Assembly (NCBI RefSeq): GCF_037042905.1
Contig: NC_087250.1
Span: forward strand, 20,648,001 to 20,712,000
Source: Lytechinus pictus
Taxonomy: Eukaryota
Length of the DNA: 64,000 nucleotides
Direction of reading: 5' to 3'
The position numbers and the translations under genes were made by a program. The first letter of the stretch is position 1; the number at the start of each line of letters is the position of its first letter. Below, in pieces: positions 40,959-53,624 of this stretch. The notes under the pieces were generated by a model. It did not search any database, was not told the origin of the DNA, and saw nothing but the letters and a program-made list of their open reading frames with translations.

Positions 40959-41551
40959 AGGACAAGTCCACCCCCAAAAAAGTTGATTTGAAAAAAAGGG
41001 AGAAAATCCAACAAGCAAAACACTGAAAATTTCATCAAAATCGGATGTAAAATAAGAAAGATATGACATTTCAAAGTTTCGCTTAATTTCACAAAACAGT
41101 TATATGCACATCCTGGCCGGTATGCAAATTGGCAGACTGATGACGTCACCTACTCACTATTTCTGTTGTATTTTATTATATGAAATATGAACTATTCTAA
41201 TTTTCTCCTCCTTGTCAAGCGAAACAAAGTTTTATTTCTCCCTGAACATTTGGAATTACCATTATTTTAGCAGTTTATGGTTAAGTTAAGTTGGTCCCTA
41301 TTGTCAAATCTGTAAAAATTGAAATATTGTATTATTCAAACAATAAAAAAAAAAGTGAGTGATAGACATCATCCACTCTCTCATTTGCATATCGCTGAGT
41401 TGTGCATTGAACTGTTTTGTGAAAAATGAGCGAAACTTGAAAATGTCATATTCCTTATTTTCATCCGAATTTGATAAAATTTGCAGCGTTATGTTTGTTT
41501 GGTTTTTCTCTATCGATTCAAATCAACAATTTTCTGGGGTGGACTTGACCT
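40959..41551. mobile_element. TTAA-targeting (Kolobok-like) non-autonomous element
   Basis: TTAA TSD (40955-40958, 41552-41555); TIR aggacaagtccacccc / ggggtggacttgacct; AG...CT termini. Confidence 0.88.
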
Positions 41552-42445
41552 TTAATCATGTTAATAGGTCTCTCAGTACTGATTCAGTGCCTGAAAACTA
41601 AAAATAGCAAGGATTGTGCCATCGTTTAACAAAGAAAATCCAGATTTTATTGAAAATTGTAGACCTGTTGGACTCCTTCCAATTTTTGCTTAGTTACGTG
41701 AAAGATTTTTTGTACAGGCTAATTGATTTGTTTTATTTACTAAAAAAGACATTTCAATACAGGAATAGTTTAGTTTTCGCAAGAATTGTTCTAAAGTGTA
41801 ATATGTATTTTTTCTGATAACAGAAATATAAAAATACAAAAGCGGGCATCAGCGCTGGACATTTTTAATATACGCGGTAAATAAGCGTAATTTATACAGG
41901 AAATATGTATAAACCGTGGGTTCAACCAATTTTCTTTAAAAACCACATTTGTGAATTAGGGCCATAAAGTCTTTAGGTGTATTGGTACATGAGTCACTTG
42001 ACTGGAAGTATCATATTGTTGATATCTGTTCTAAGCTTTCAAGAAGTATTGGTGTTTTATCAAAACTTAGGTACTCTTTACCAGGTAAAATATCAGTTAA
42101 CATTTACAATGCAATAATCTTTATTGTGTTTAGATATAGGGTAAAACGTATAAAGTTAAAAATGAGAAACTATATTTTTACAAAAAAGTAACTTTCGTAG
42201 TCCAAGTCTATCATTATTTTCTTAATCTAAACATTATTATTATTATAAATGAGCTTGTCAAACAAAGTATATCTGTCCTTAAGAACCACAGAGGAATTCT
42301 ACTAAAACATTTAATAGTATGTTTAAAACCAATCGTTTCTTAGTTACCACACACGTTTTCGAAATAATCTTTGTGTTCCTTTTACAAAGTTTACTCATTT
42401 TACAATGCAAACTTATTCTATTCGGTTCAACACTCTCGTTGCAGG

Positions 42446-42768
42446 CATGGGCGGAAATCCCAGGGGGGGGGGGGCAGGAGGGACACGTACCCCTACCCAA
42501 AATAGTAGGGAGGGAACCACAATATCAAGTGTGCCCCTACTAATTTTGGTCTATTATTATGGAAAGAAATACATCATTCAAAATCGAAATAAAACATGTA
42601 TTTTGGTCGAGATGACCTTACTTTTTGGGTGATTACCCTTATTTTTTTTGCTTGTCAAATTTATTTCGGTCGAAATGACCTTACATTTGGGGTGATACCT
42701 TTTTTTTTGCTTGTCAGATTTTCAAACCCCTGGTCCCCCTACCTTTGGGGGAGAGATTTCCGACCTTG
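42446..42768. mobile_element. hAT-like MITE
   Basis: 8-bp TSD gttgcagg; TIR catgggcggaaatc / gatttccgaccttg. Confidence 0.9.
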
Positions 42769-43084
42769 GTTGCAGGCTATTACTGAAACGATAAATTTTC
42801 GAAAAACTGTCATCCCTGGTTGAGTAGACTCCTCCTCTTTCATTTTATTTCTGTCTTTTTCTTCATCTCATCTTCTATTTTTTCACTCTCACTATGATTC
42901 TCACACTCCTCTCTATTCTTATCTCCCCCTCTCTCTTTCTCTCATACACTTTCCTTATTCTTTTATTGCAATGTGTAATTGCGGGTGTATGTGCTTTTTA
43001 TATGCTTTTTAATCGTGCTAATGTGTTTTTTAAACAAAGTTTATTCAATGTTAATATATTGTTTTTTATCGTATTAGTCATTTA

Positions 43085-43310
43085 CACACTTAAAATGTTG
43101 GGCAACATACTGCCCACTGTGTTGGGTAATGTATGTTGGTAAAAAAATATGTATTCTGGGCAATTATGATCTTAATTCAGCAAATTTAATACCCGATTAT
43201 TTGTGTTTATTACCCAATTTGGACAGATTATTACCAATAATTGTGTGAACAGTATGTTGCCCAGTGATGATCAATAATTGGGCATTATTTGCCCAACCTT
43301 TTAAAGAGTG
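43085..43310. mobile_element. CMC/EnSpm-like MITE
   Basis: cacacttaaaatgttgggcaa / ttgcccaaccttttaaagagtg. Confidence 0.6.
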
Positions 43311-43572
43311 TTGGGCATCAAATATAAGCATAGGCTGGTTTTCAGAGGTCCTGGCTCATTGATATGTATTTGCTTTTTTTTTTGCAAAATAAATTGAATT
43401 TGAATCGAAATGTTCAATATTTGAATTAAGTGTTTTGTATTTGAAATTATATGAACGGGCGTCTTCATTATAGGACAGTCGGAATCACAAATGAGGTTGT
43501 TGGAGCCACGGGAGACTCAGGGGCCAAGTGATCGGCACTCTCTTTTTGGCCACTACATGCATGACATAGAAG

Positions 43573-43805
43573 CATGGGCGGAAATCCCAGGGGGGGGGGG
43601 GACGTGTCCCCCCCTCCTACCCAAAATAGTAGGGGAGGGGGGGGGGGACACAATATCAAATGTCACCCTACTACTTTGGGTCTTTTAAGAAGGAAAGAAA
43701 TACATCATTCAAAATCAAAATAAAACATGTATTTTGACGAGACAACCTTACTTTTTGGGCGATAACCTTTTTCTTTTTTCTTGTCAAATTTCATTTGGTC
43801 GAATT
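43573..43805. mobile_element. Truncated copy of the same hAT-like MITE
   Basis: Begins catgggcggaaatcccagggg; aligns by eye to 42446-42670. Confidence 0.75.
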
Positions 43806-43983
43806 GGTAACAAAACTATATATTCCTTTAATATGACGACCTAAACAAAATAATACAGCGATTTTTTTTATTTCACGGTCGTGATCACGGGCGTCGGCTT
43901 TTACTTACATCGGGGTTAGTACCTCCCACACCTCGCTCAAATCGGAATCTAAATACGTAGTGTTGGGGGCAATAAGCAACTTA

Positions 43984-44663
43984 TACCCCTTTCATAGTGC
44001 CCTCTTCATTTTTCACCGGCGAACTTCGCCGGCGAACTTCTCCGCCTCGCATTCCTCACTTCCCCGGCGAAGAAAAAAATGTACCCTTTCGCACTGACAT
44101 TTCTTCCCCGGCGAAAGTCAACGGGCGATTGCAGAACAAACGAAAGAAAATTGTAAACATTACTTCTTACCTATTACAAAAAAGGTATAAAAAAAAATAA
44201 TTACAACATATTTTGGAAGTATTACGATAAAAACAAACAATATCACCTTGTTTTTATATCTTAGCGCATTTTATACATGTAAAAAGTGCTTTTTAATAAA
44301 TATTGTTAGTAAAAAAAAAAAATGTTCGAGGGTATCTACTTGGCCATAGCATTCAGCTGAGCTTGCAACTATCGCGCGCGGAATCTCGGTGCAGGGGACT
44401 TTGGGAGAGAAAAAAATTGACCTCTGACGTCATTAAAGAGGAGAAGTTCTCCGGTTTGCTTTCATACTGGCCTTTTCACCGGCGAACTTCACCGGTGAAA
44501 CAGTTTCGCCGGCGAAGTTCTCCACCTCTAGAGGTGGAGAAGTTCACCGGCGAAGTTCACCGGTGAAGTTCTCCTGTGTACCTTTCATACTGGACACTTT
44601 CCCCTTCGCTGGCGAACTTCGCCGGTGAAGTTCGCCGGTGAAAGGCGCAATATGAAAGGGGTA
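43984..44663. mobile_element. TIR element with CCGGCGAACTTC subterminal arrays
   Basis: TIR tacccctttcata; TA flanks; many ccggcgaacttc/gaagttcgccgg motifs at both ends. Confidence 0.8.
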
Positions 44664-44844
44664 TAGGTCTTTTTTATACCATCACAAATTGGGCCGTAAA
44701 AACGTAGCTTTTCTACCGAAATATATACCCTTTTTCAGAATTTTGATGTTTTTGACACCTTTATTTCGTACGTGCAGGTACGTAACGTCCCCAATCTTAA
44801 AAAGAGATCCTTTTCTTTAAACACGCGTGGTATCCACTCGTCCA

Positions 44845-44969
44845 TAGCCTATAATCTATGCGGAGGCTGCAGTTGTCATGATTATTGTCTTTGCCGTTAT
44901 GCACAACGCAAGCGATACGTCTGATGTGTCAAAGACAATAACTGCAGCCTCCGCCTAGATTATAGGCTA
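44845..44969. mobile_element. Mutator-like MITE (125 bp)
   Basis: 9-bp TSD actcgtcca (44836-44844, 44970-44978); TIR tagcctataatcta.gcggaggctgcagtt. Confidence 0.88.
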
Positions 44970-45249
44970 ACTCGTCCATGGAAGTAGCCCCCTGGGAATT
45001 CATTTTGGCGAGCCGGAGAAAAAAAAATATTTTGATAGCACTCATTACACAGCCATCTGCCTCTCTCCCGTCCTCTAACGCTTTCCAATTCTTCCTTTCT
45101 TTCTATCTTTCCTGACTATCCTTCTTCACCTTTTTATTTAAAAAAAAAACCCTTTCCACTGTTCTTCTTCTCCTCTTTCAGTCTGTAAATCTACTCTTGG
45201 GGGAGAACATTTGACAGTTTTTTGACAAGAAAAACAAAAAATATATTTT

Positions 45250-46550
45250 AGTAACTAAAGGTGATCATCAAGTACTACCAGAGTGTTTAATAGGAAAACC
45301 AAGACTTAACATGACTTGAATTCACATCCTGTATGATACAGATTAAAAATAGTAATGTGTCGTACGGACGCAGAAAAAGTGGCTTTTTTAGAAACCTCAA
45401 GTTTGCACTCTAAAGTCGATATGAGTTGGACTTCATTTTTTTTTTTAACTGAACTCAAATTGATATTCAATTACCCAAGAATAAACACATCTATGAAAGA
45501 AAGCAAAATGAACATTTATGAATAAATAAAGCAAATTGCAATTTTCGAGAACATTGTGGCGTACGGGACACTCAAAATGTGTCGTACGGGACATCTCTAA
45601 ATTGAAGCCAAACTTTCTTACTTTATGTCTCTTTGACTTCTTCAATCACTTTATTTGGCTGATGATAATGATAACCCTATCAAACTAAAGACATTCATTA
45701 TGTTAGAAACCGCTATTGGCTGAATATTTCTGTCAATATATCATAAACAAAATAATGTGTCGTACGGGACACTTGTGTGTCGTACGGGACACTTGCGTGT
45801 TGTACTAAACAGCCTGAATAACACAATGAACTTTTTATCAATCAGAAGGGGAGCATTGCCTCTAAATTCTTCCTGTTTAATGAAAAGCCTTTTAATCAAT
45901 AGTCATTCAGGACAATATAATTAAGTAACCTCAATATATATGGTAGTGGATCGTATTACCGAACACTTTTCATAAATTCAATCATATAAAACACGTTATT
46001 CTCATAACATGTCCCGTACGACACACACTGTGTCGTAAGGGACAACTTTTAATAGGACAATTATTGAAAAATGAAGGGCAGTAATTAAATCCTTATGGAA
46101 TCAATCGATCACCCATGGGTCAAAGATAGAGAAACTAAAATTGTGAAATTGCATCATAAAAAATAAAATTGTAGGAAAAACTTTTGCATTTCCATGTGTC
46201 GTACGGGACATTGCCAAAAATAGGTTCGGAAAAATCAGGGCTGCCCCTATTATAGATCATGAAAATGTTGTATATATTATTTGGAACCATCAATGATTTA
46301 TTATTCCATTGACCCGCAATATTTTAAATCTTCTCGTGCTTTGCCAATAATCTTTTCAGGCAGTGTTTGTACTTGACTATCTAGTTAGCAAAATTATTGA
46401 AAATCCCATTGTTTCCCCCCCAAAAAACTACATTTGACTTCACTTTTAGTTAAAAATAATTTTCATAAGATTTAGGTATCATAGTAAATATTACACTATT
46501 TATGACTTATTGAAAGCATGTTGAAATTTATGATATTTTTGAAGTTCTAG
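45250..46550. repeat. Element with dispersed TGTGTCGTACGGGACA motifs
   Basis: About 8 copies (45356, 45556, 45579, 45756, 45776, 46010 reverse, 46029, 46195); termini not resolved. Confidence 0.55.
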
Positions 46551-47225
46551 TGTGGAATCGCCCTTTTCATGATTCTTTTTCTCCTTTTTTTTTTTGGGGG
46601 GGGGGGTTCCTTCAGCCTCTTCCTTTCTGTTCTCTCATTATCATTCCTCTCAGACACGATTCGCTTTCTCTGATACCGTTTCTTTTTGTTTGATATATCT
46701 TTATTTTTATTGTCCCCATTAAGTGCTGGAATTCCCCGCCGATACCAGCGTGGGCGTAATTCTGGCAATCTGCCACGTCACCCGGTCCGACCGTACACCA
46801 CGTGACTCTTCGTAGATGAGATCGGATCCTCTTGACTCCGCCCCCTTCTTGCTGGCGCCAGCAAAAGGGATAGCTGACTGCGTGATAAAAATGGTCTCGC
46901 AGACCCTCGAAAAGCTGAAAAGCTTGTTTCTGTATTTTATTATATGAAATATCCAATCTTTCAACTTTCCGTCAAATAATTTTAGAGATTTAACTGTACA
47001 GTTTTCAATTCGAAATAGATTAAGGATTAATTAATTGGGATAAATTGAATTTTGATATTATTTTTATACATTGGAATACAGAAGAAACAGTTAATTTATT
47101 ACGTCAGTTTATCCAGCTCATATTCCCCACTGCGTGCTTAGTTAGCAGTTTGTTCATAGCGTGTTTATGATGTGTTCAAGAGTGGCTCCACAATGTGTTT
47201 ATAGCGTTTTTAGGGTGTGTTCAAG

Positions 47226-47424
47226 GGTTCCATGACATTTGCTCCGGCGACAATTACTCCGATGGAAAATGCACGTTAAGTCAAACATAAAACCTAACCT
47301 CCAAAACTAAATACCCCCTATCATTATATTTACATTATTCTGAAATAAAAAAAACTCTAATACAATCCTAACTCTCATCCTATGCCTTTTGAGATATCAA
47401 GGTCGGAGCAAATGTTGTGTCACT
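47226..47424. mobile_element. MITE, same family as 9066-9266
   Basis: ggttccatgacatttgctccggcgacaatt ... gtcggagcaaatgttgtgtcac. Confidence 0.7.
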
Positions 47425-48186
47425 GTGTTGGTTAGTGTGTTCAACTTTGTGTTTACAACGTGTACAAGTATGTTAACACCAGGGTTACGTAACACAAAGG
47501 TTAGCGATTGATCGTACGCTTGATTTTCACGATTGATTGTACATTGTAGTCAATGGAATCAATCGTAGAAAAATGTTCTACGATCATTGCTAAGTTTTGT
47601 GTTACGGGCCCCAGGTGTTGACAGTTTGTTTAATAGTGAGTTTCCAGTGTGTTCAACCGCATGTACAACTCAGAGTGTTTTAGGCCCAATTCATAAAACT
47701 TGTTCTAATAACAACCTTGTATATAATAACAGTTAAAAGGTACTGAAATCATCCAGTCTGCTTTGCAGATAATAATTTTTTTTAATTCTGCGTATGTGAT
47801 TATAACAAATGTTTATGAAACGGGAATTAGTAATTTAAGAACCCACATAGAGTCGAAAACAATAACTTTAATACATTTTGTTTAAACGTTTCAACATTTA
47901 TTGTTTAAACGATTTAGAATTATGAAATTTACTCCGATAACATATTTGTAATAACATTTAAACCTACTGATATCCTTAAATCAGTACTGACCGCACAGAA
48001 CGCTGCAAGCGCTGACAATGCGCTAACAGAGGCCCTGTTACAACCGGTATTGTCGCAGCGATGCCTAATGTTATAACAATGCATTACTTACACATTAAAA
48101 TAAATGTTTTGACTTCACAATCCGAAAGATGTGACTGGGTTCACTGTTAGCGTTCTGCTAGGCTAACAACGTTTCTGTGCGGTCGG

Positions 48187-48583
48187 TGTAGCGGCGGATT
48201 TGGTTCCACCGGCGGATACCGTATCCTCCGCCGGCAGATATCGTTCTGAATGACAGATATCGTTCATACTTGGAACCATATCCGCAGGGTTTGACACGGT
48301 TTGATGTTTGCAGATTAAGTTGGTTCCTTGGCGGATTTGGTTCAGATTGACTGCGTGTATTCATCATGACTTCAGGGGGGGGGGGGCTAAAGAGTTCGTG
48401 CGCCGTGGCCACGTGCCACGTGACGTATACGTACATAATGTATGTGCACGAACGATAGCAAGAACGATATCTGCCGACGAGAAAACGAAATTAGTATACT
48501 GAATCCACCGGTGGTGGAACACAATCCACCGGCAAATTGTGTGCCGAGTACCGTATCTGCCAGTCACCAGATTCGCTGCTACA
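48187..48583. mobile_element. TIR element with TG...CA ends
   Basis: tgtagcggcggatttgg / ccagattcgctgctaca; no TSD seen; abuts another hairpin MITE at ~47983-48188. Confidence 0.6.
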
Positions 48584-48865
48584 TAGGCACTTGCTTTGCA
48601 GAGAGCAGATTTGTTTTTGAACTTGTGTACTTGTGATTATAAAAGGTCTTTATGTAACGGTACTTATATACATGGCGAAACTCACAAAGTCGTAAGAAAT
48701 AACTGTATATCTAAATATTCCTACTCAGAGAATGTGATTTTTAAGAAAATAAAGATTAACACATCGAAGAGGCTGTTCCTGTTAATGTATGATAACTTAT
48801 AGGTAAAGCATCTTGTTGGCTGCTCAAAAATGTGTTTTCCTCTTAAATTTACTATGCCTCACCTA

Positions 48866-49449
48866 CCGTGTTTACACTTAATCGGCTTTTGGTTCAGAAC
48901 CAAAAGCCGATGCAGAATCGGCTTTTGGTTTATCTTGCACTGCGTTTACACGCTGTTACAGCTCGCGGTTCAGAACCGCGAGCCGATGCATAAACCTGGT
49001 GGGTGTTTCATAAAGAAGAGCGACTTTAAGAACGACCGGTGATCCTTTCTTACGCGCAAAACCATCGCTAAAGAATACCATTCGCCATATTAAACAAAGG
49101 ATCACCAGTCGTTCTTAAAGTCGCTCTTAACTTACGAACAGCTTTATGAAACACCCACCAGAAATGATACGCACAACAACAATATACGTCATAATAAAGA
49201 CAACGCTGGATCCGTGCGCTTACAATTACGTCACAATGGAAAAGTAAATGAAGTGCGCACCAATTGCCGATGCAGAATCGGCTTTCTGTTTACACGTAGT
49301 AAAAAAGCCGATTCTGCATCGGCTCGCGGTTCTGAACCTACTACTTTGATGGTGCAAATTGCTGGTTCTGAACCGCAAGCCGATGCAAGTTAATCGCGTT
49401 TACACGCTATGAAAAAGCCGATGCAAAAGCCGATTAAGTGTAAACACGG
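48866..49449. mobile_element. TIR element with nested MITE (48996-49161)
   Basis: TIR ccgtgtttacacttaatcggctttt, TA flanks; nested ctggtgggtgtttcataaag...ctttatgaaacacccaccag. Confidence 0.82.
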
Positions 49450-50114
49450 TACAGCATTAATAGTAGCAATACTTCTACTTTTTTCTACTTCTATTACTGC
49501 TACTACTATAACAATAATAACAATGATAACAATAATGAGAGTAATTTGCAGAGCGTACACATCGTCAAAGACGGTCATTGTGCACGCTAGATCCAGCACA
49601 GTTCTCTTGCTTATAAATAAATCTTCAAATTAAAATTATAAAAAAAAATCGGTTTGCAGAAGTTTCCAATATTTGCTAGAATACATTGAATACAAAGCTG
49701 TAACAAATAAATCACACGCGAAATTTCAAAAAAAAAATGGATATAGTAATTCATGAAATCATACATACATGACGTACGGGAGGGTCACGTGACTATGACG
49801 TAAGTATTCTGTGACTCGGATAATCATAAGCTCTGTTTTATCTCGAATATTACTTTTTTTTTTTTTTTAGTTTTATTTGATCAACTTGGCTTAAGGATAG
49901 ACTGCACCTTTTATGTCCAAAAGCCATTTTATTTGCAAATTCTTACGGTGTTAGAAATAAATCTACCACTGTCCAGTATCAGTAAAATTAAAAAACAAAA
50001 CGCTATTCTACAATATGTCTTAACACTGCCCATGGTCTACATACACACACAACCCCTCAAATATATATGTATTTCTATATAGTAACAAATGTTATATATA
50101 TATATATATATCTT

Positions 50115-50283
50115 TAACACAAAATAATGCTGATGATAATGCTTTGACTGCCAATGAAGTTTTTATTATTCACTCGAATTTTCGACGGTCCCCCGTCTTC
50201 TTCAGTTTACAACCGTCTAAAACTCGAGTGAATAATAGAAACTTCAGGCAATCAAAGCAACATCATGAGCATTATTTTGTTAC
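50115..50283. mobile_element. Palindromic MITE
   Basis: acaaaataatgct...ttattcactcga / tcgagtgaataa...agcattattttgt inverted arms. Confidence 0.7.
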
Positions 50284-50309
50284 ATTACTATGATACGTGA
50301 AACTTTAAG

Positions 50310-50340
<31 letters not shown>

Positions 50341-50341
<1 letters not shown>

Positions 50342-51068
50342 ACTCCTCAAAAAAGTTTGGAAATCTGACTTTAATCGAAAATCCCTCCTCGGTTTTAGTG
50401 AACATTAACGTGTGATTGATACCAATGAATAGATCATTTCATTCTCTTTAAAATGATATCGTACATAAAATGGTTATGGTTCACATGGAGGTGCAGTGTC
50501 TTGAAATGTGGGGGCAAGGTCAAAATTCAAAAGTTGCAAAACGACACAATATTGTAAGTCACTGTTCTTTTTCCGTGGTGATGAGTGAGTCTCTCAGCGC
50601 TTTCTTTTGTTTTCATGTACCTTAACATCAACATTAACATGGAATTAAACACCACACCTCTGCACTTACTAGCAACGCATAACAAACAAACTTGCATGGG
50701 TGTTTCAAACCGCGACTCAAACCATGTTATCTCACAGAACCAGCGCTACCATGACTACATAAACCACAAAAAACATTAAAAATGAAGCAGGGGCTTGATT
50801 TGAATGGATTTTCATCTCTATTGACACAGACAAAGGAATCATGTTCCTTATTGAACCTTCATGGCGATGTCTGCTCGTTTTGCAGCTTTTCAACTCAGAC
50901 CTCGTCCAACACTTTTAAATCCTGCTCTTTTCGTGATGGCACGATCATAACAAGCATGGTATCACTTTAAATGATCTTTTGGATGACATCAAATATGCAT
51001 TGTGTAAAATTGGGAGTTAGGAGAAATTAATGGCCAAACTCAGATTTCCGAACTTTTTTTGAGGGGTT
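50341..51068. mobile_element. TA-TSD (Tc1/mariner-like) non-autonomous element, copy 2
   Basis: Same TIRs and internal sequence as 1008-1725; inserted in an (AT)n tract. Confidence 0.88.
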
Positions 51069-51159
51069 TATATACATGCATAATGAAAGACATAAGGCAC
51101 TACAGTCATAGAAAATAATATTTGTTTTGTCAACCTATGAATCAACCAGTCGCTGATCC

Positions 51160-51411
51160 GGGGTGTTTCACAAACGGTTTTAGTGTGAATTATGAGGCGA
51201 TCAACTGCAAAGACCATTTTTGGTCCCAAAATATTTCATTGATCCTATGTTTTGCAATTGATTGTGAATTTGTGATTGATTGTTGTTCTGCTTCTTGCAA
51301 CAAACATGACAAAGAGTGAAATCTGATTTGATACAGCTAAAATTGAAGTAAATTGCAAGAGAATATTTGCAACTAATCATGCTAATTGTAAATAGTTTCT
51401 TGTAACGCCCC

Positions 51412-51484
<73 letters not shown>

Positions 51485-51490
51485 GTATGT

Positions 51491-51546
<56 letters not shown>

Positions 51547-51552
51547 GTATAA

Positions 51553-51630
<78 letters not shown>

Positions 51631-51743
51631 ACATACATATATATATATATCATAAACGCCAACGTAAGTTCAAAGGTTTTTAACGTGTAATTCATTCATT
51701 GACATGCAGTGAAATTAAAGCGCGTTTTGTGAAACACCCCCTG
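51160..51743. mobile_element. MITE containing a long (AT)n/(GT)n tract, ~10 nt past the Ly6 stop codon
   Basis: ggggtgtttcacaaa / tttgtgaaacacccc TIR; microsatellite 51415-51650. Confidence 0.7.
51415..51650. repeat. (AT)n/(GT)n microsatellite
   Basis: Direct inspection. Confidence 0.95.
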
Positions 51744-51752
51744 GGTAAAGCT

Positions 51753-52012
51753 TTACCATTTAATGACAATGTAAGATACAAGGAGGGACGCCAAGAGAGC
51801 GGTGATGCTGATACTCAACCCGGGCGCGCCGTTGCAGAGATTACCGCTGCAAAGGCAAGCATTTCCACTACCAGAGACGAATTCAACACCGGCAGGCAGC
51901 CCGGAGTTGATTATTCCTCGCTGGGCGTTTAGTTGTTCTTCGGTGGCTCTCTCACAAGCGTTCAAATTCGCGCCACAGTCCCGGATAACCGTCTCGGACG
52001 ACACAGATCCAA
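51753..52012 (-). CDS. Ly6/uPAR (quiver-like) gene, coding exon 3 (VGSVSSETVIRDC...ACLCSGNLCNGA + hydrophobic GPI signal)
   Basis: Acceptor ttttccatag|, phase 1, RDC and CxCxxxxCN motifs, hydrophobic C-tail, stop TAA; spliced CDS is 495 nt = 164 aa with 10 Cys. Confidence 0.9.
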
Positions 52013-52605
52013 CTATGGAAAATAATATTAACGGAATATATTTCTAATGAAATTTAATCGATACGAAAAGGTTGTCAAGCTTTCAAATAGCGTTCTAGGA
52101 AAATAACAAGTGGTATAATGAAAAAAAAGAAATGAAACAGGTGCAACATGGCGTAAATGGTAAAGTTTCTATAATGTTTGCAAACGAAGGAAGCAAGTGA
52201 GCAAAAATTTTGGTCTTGTATAATGGAATTGTATTTTTGTGATGTATTTCTTCATAATATTTAACAAATAATAATCAAATTTTGTCCTCCTATCCCTTTC
52301 TTTCCATATTTCACTTCTTGTCCTTTCTCGTCTTGGAACTTGGTTGGCAGGTGAAAATAAACCGCCTAAAGGCCTATTTAGATTTCAATTAGTGTATTTA
52401 ATTTCCAGGCAAGATAATAGCAAACATGACAGATACAATATAAACATAACAATTATAGAAAAATAAAATTGAGCACCAACCAATGCCTGAGGATCACCTA
52501 AAGAGTTGAAAATTATGTCAAGAGGTTTCCCACATTGGCCGGTGCATGTATAGTATAACATTAATTATAAATTAATGTAAGCATGTAATTATAATCATAC
52601 TTCAT

Positions 52606-52813
52606 CATGGCCGTAAGCAGCGTAGGGGCAGTTGCCCCCCAGAAATTTTCACGAAATTAACCAAGAGTATGCACCAAAACCATCAATTTCACTTGACAAA
52701 ATGCAAAAACGCCCCAATGACAAGCTCGGTCGCTTTGGTCCCTTGCTTTTGAGTTTTTTTTTTCAAAAAAGTTTATGCGTGCTGCCCCCAAGCAACAAAA
52801 ATCTGCGGCCTTG
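52606..52813. mobile_element. hAT-like MITE in intron 2
   Basis: catggccgta / tgcggccttg ends; degenerate TSD tacttcat/gccttcat. Confidence 0.6.
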
Positions 52814-53624
52814 GCCTTCATTGTAATATGAAATAAAACATGGTTATCGAGTTAAAACAAGAAAGAATACAGATTGGGTCAAATCAGCAATTAATCATTT
52901 ATCAATAATTTGATTTCCATTATCCACCGTCAAAATAATATTCAAATGACGTACAAAAGGTTAACACACAACGTGGAATATGCATGTGAAAAGATAAAGA
53001 GCGATGAAGGGGGTTAAAAGAATCAGAAAAGAGAAGAGATCATGTTTTACTCTACATCTATTTTTGTTGATATTTCTTATTTTCTTCCTGGTGGGGGAAC
53101 CTTTTTAGGGGTGGGGGCAATAACCACATCCCCAAGAGAGAAAGAAAAAGAGAGAGAGAGAGGGGGGGGGGGGGGGGGTGGCGGGAGAGAGGGAGAGAGA
53201 GAGGGGGTAGACTGAGATAAATTTATTTTTATTAATTAATGTATTACTTATTCATGATTTCTTTATAAAAAGCAGGGTAGTCACATTCAAGCCAGATGCT
53301 TGCTTTACAAGGGAGCACTGTTTTCATTCATATTTCGAACATTATACAATCACAATTATAATACACAAAACAAAAATAATATATATACAGTGCGTCCCCC
53401 GAAAAAAAGGAACCGTAATTCACTGTAGATTTTTGCAATCGTGATCATAATTTTGCTTCATAAGATGTATATGAATAGAAAAATATGCTTCTCTTCTTTT
53501 ATTTGAGGCCGATTTCAACATTCACAATGCATGCATGAATGAGTTAGAGCAACTTGAATAAATATTAGAGCTACCTAATTTTCATTTGCACGAACAAAAT
53601 TTGTTCGTGCAAATGAAAAATAAT

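Larger units (their letters stand above)
40560..42820 (+). mobile_element. Highly decayed CR1/L2-group LINE
   Basis: Peptides KAIGSYGISAKIVRECIHCIAQPLCNIF, KIARIVP, LGVLVHESLDWKYHIVDICSKLSRSIGVLSKLRY; boundaries approximate. Confidence 0.75.
43830..44996 (-). mobile_element. Partial reverse copy of the 16387-17105 family hosting two insertions
   Basis: Segments at ~43885, ~43960, ~44700 and ~44825 match the reverse complement of 16390-16870. Confidence 0.65.

Noticed and set aside
48187..48583. Solo LTR
   Set aside because: TG...CA ends but no TSD, and internal inverted motifs fit a MITE better
51201..51695. YI-repeat ORFs
   Set aside because: Translation of an (AT)n microsatellite
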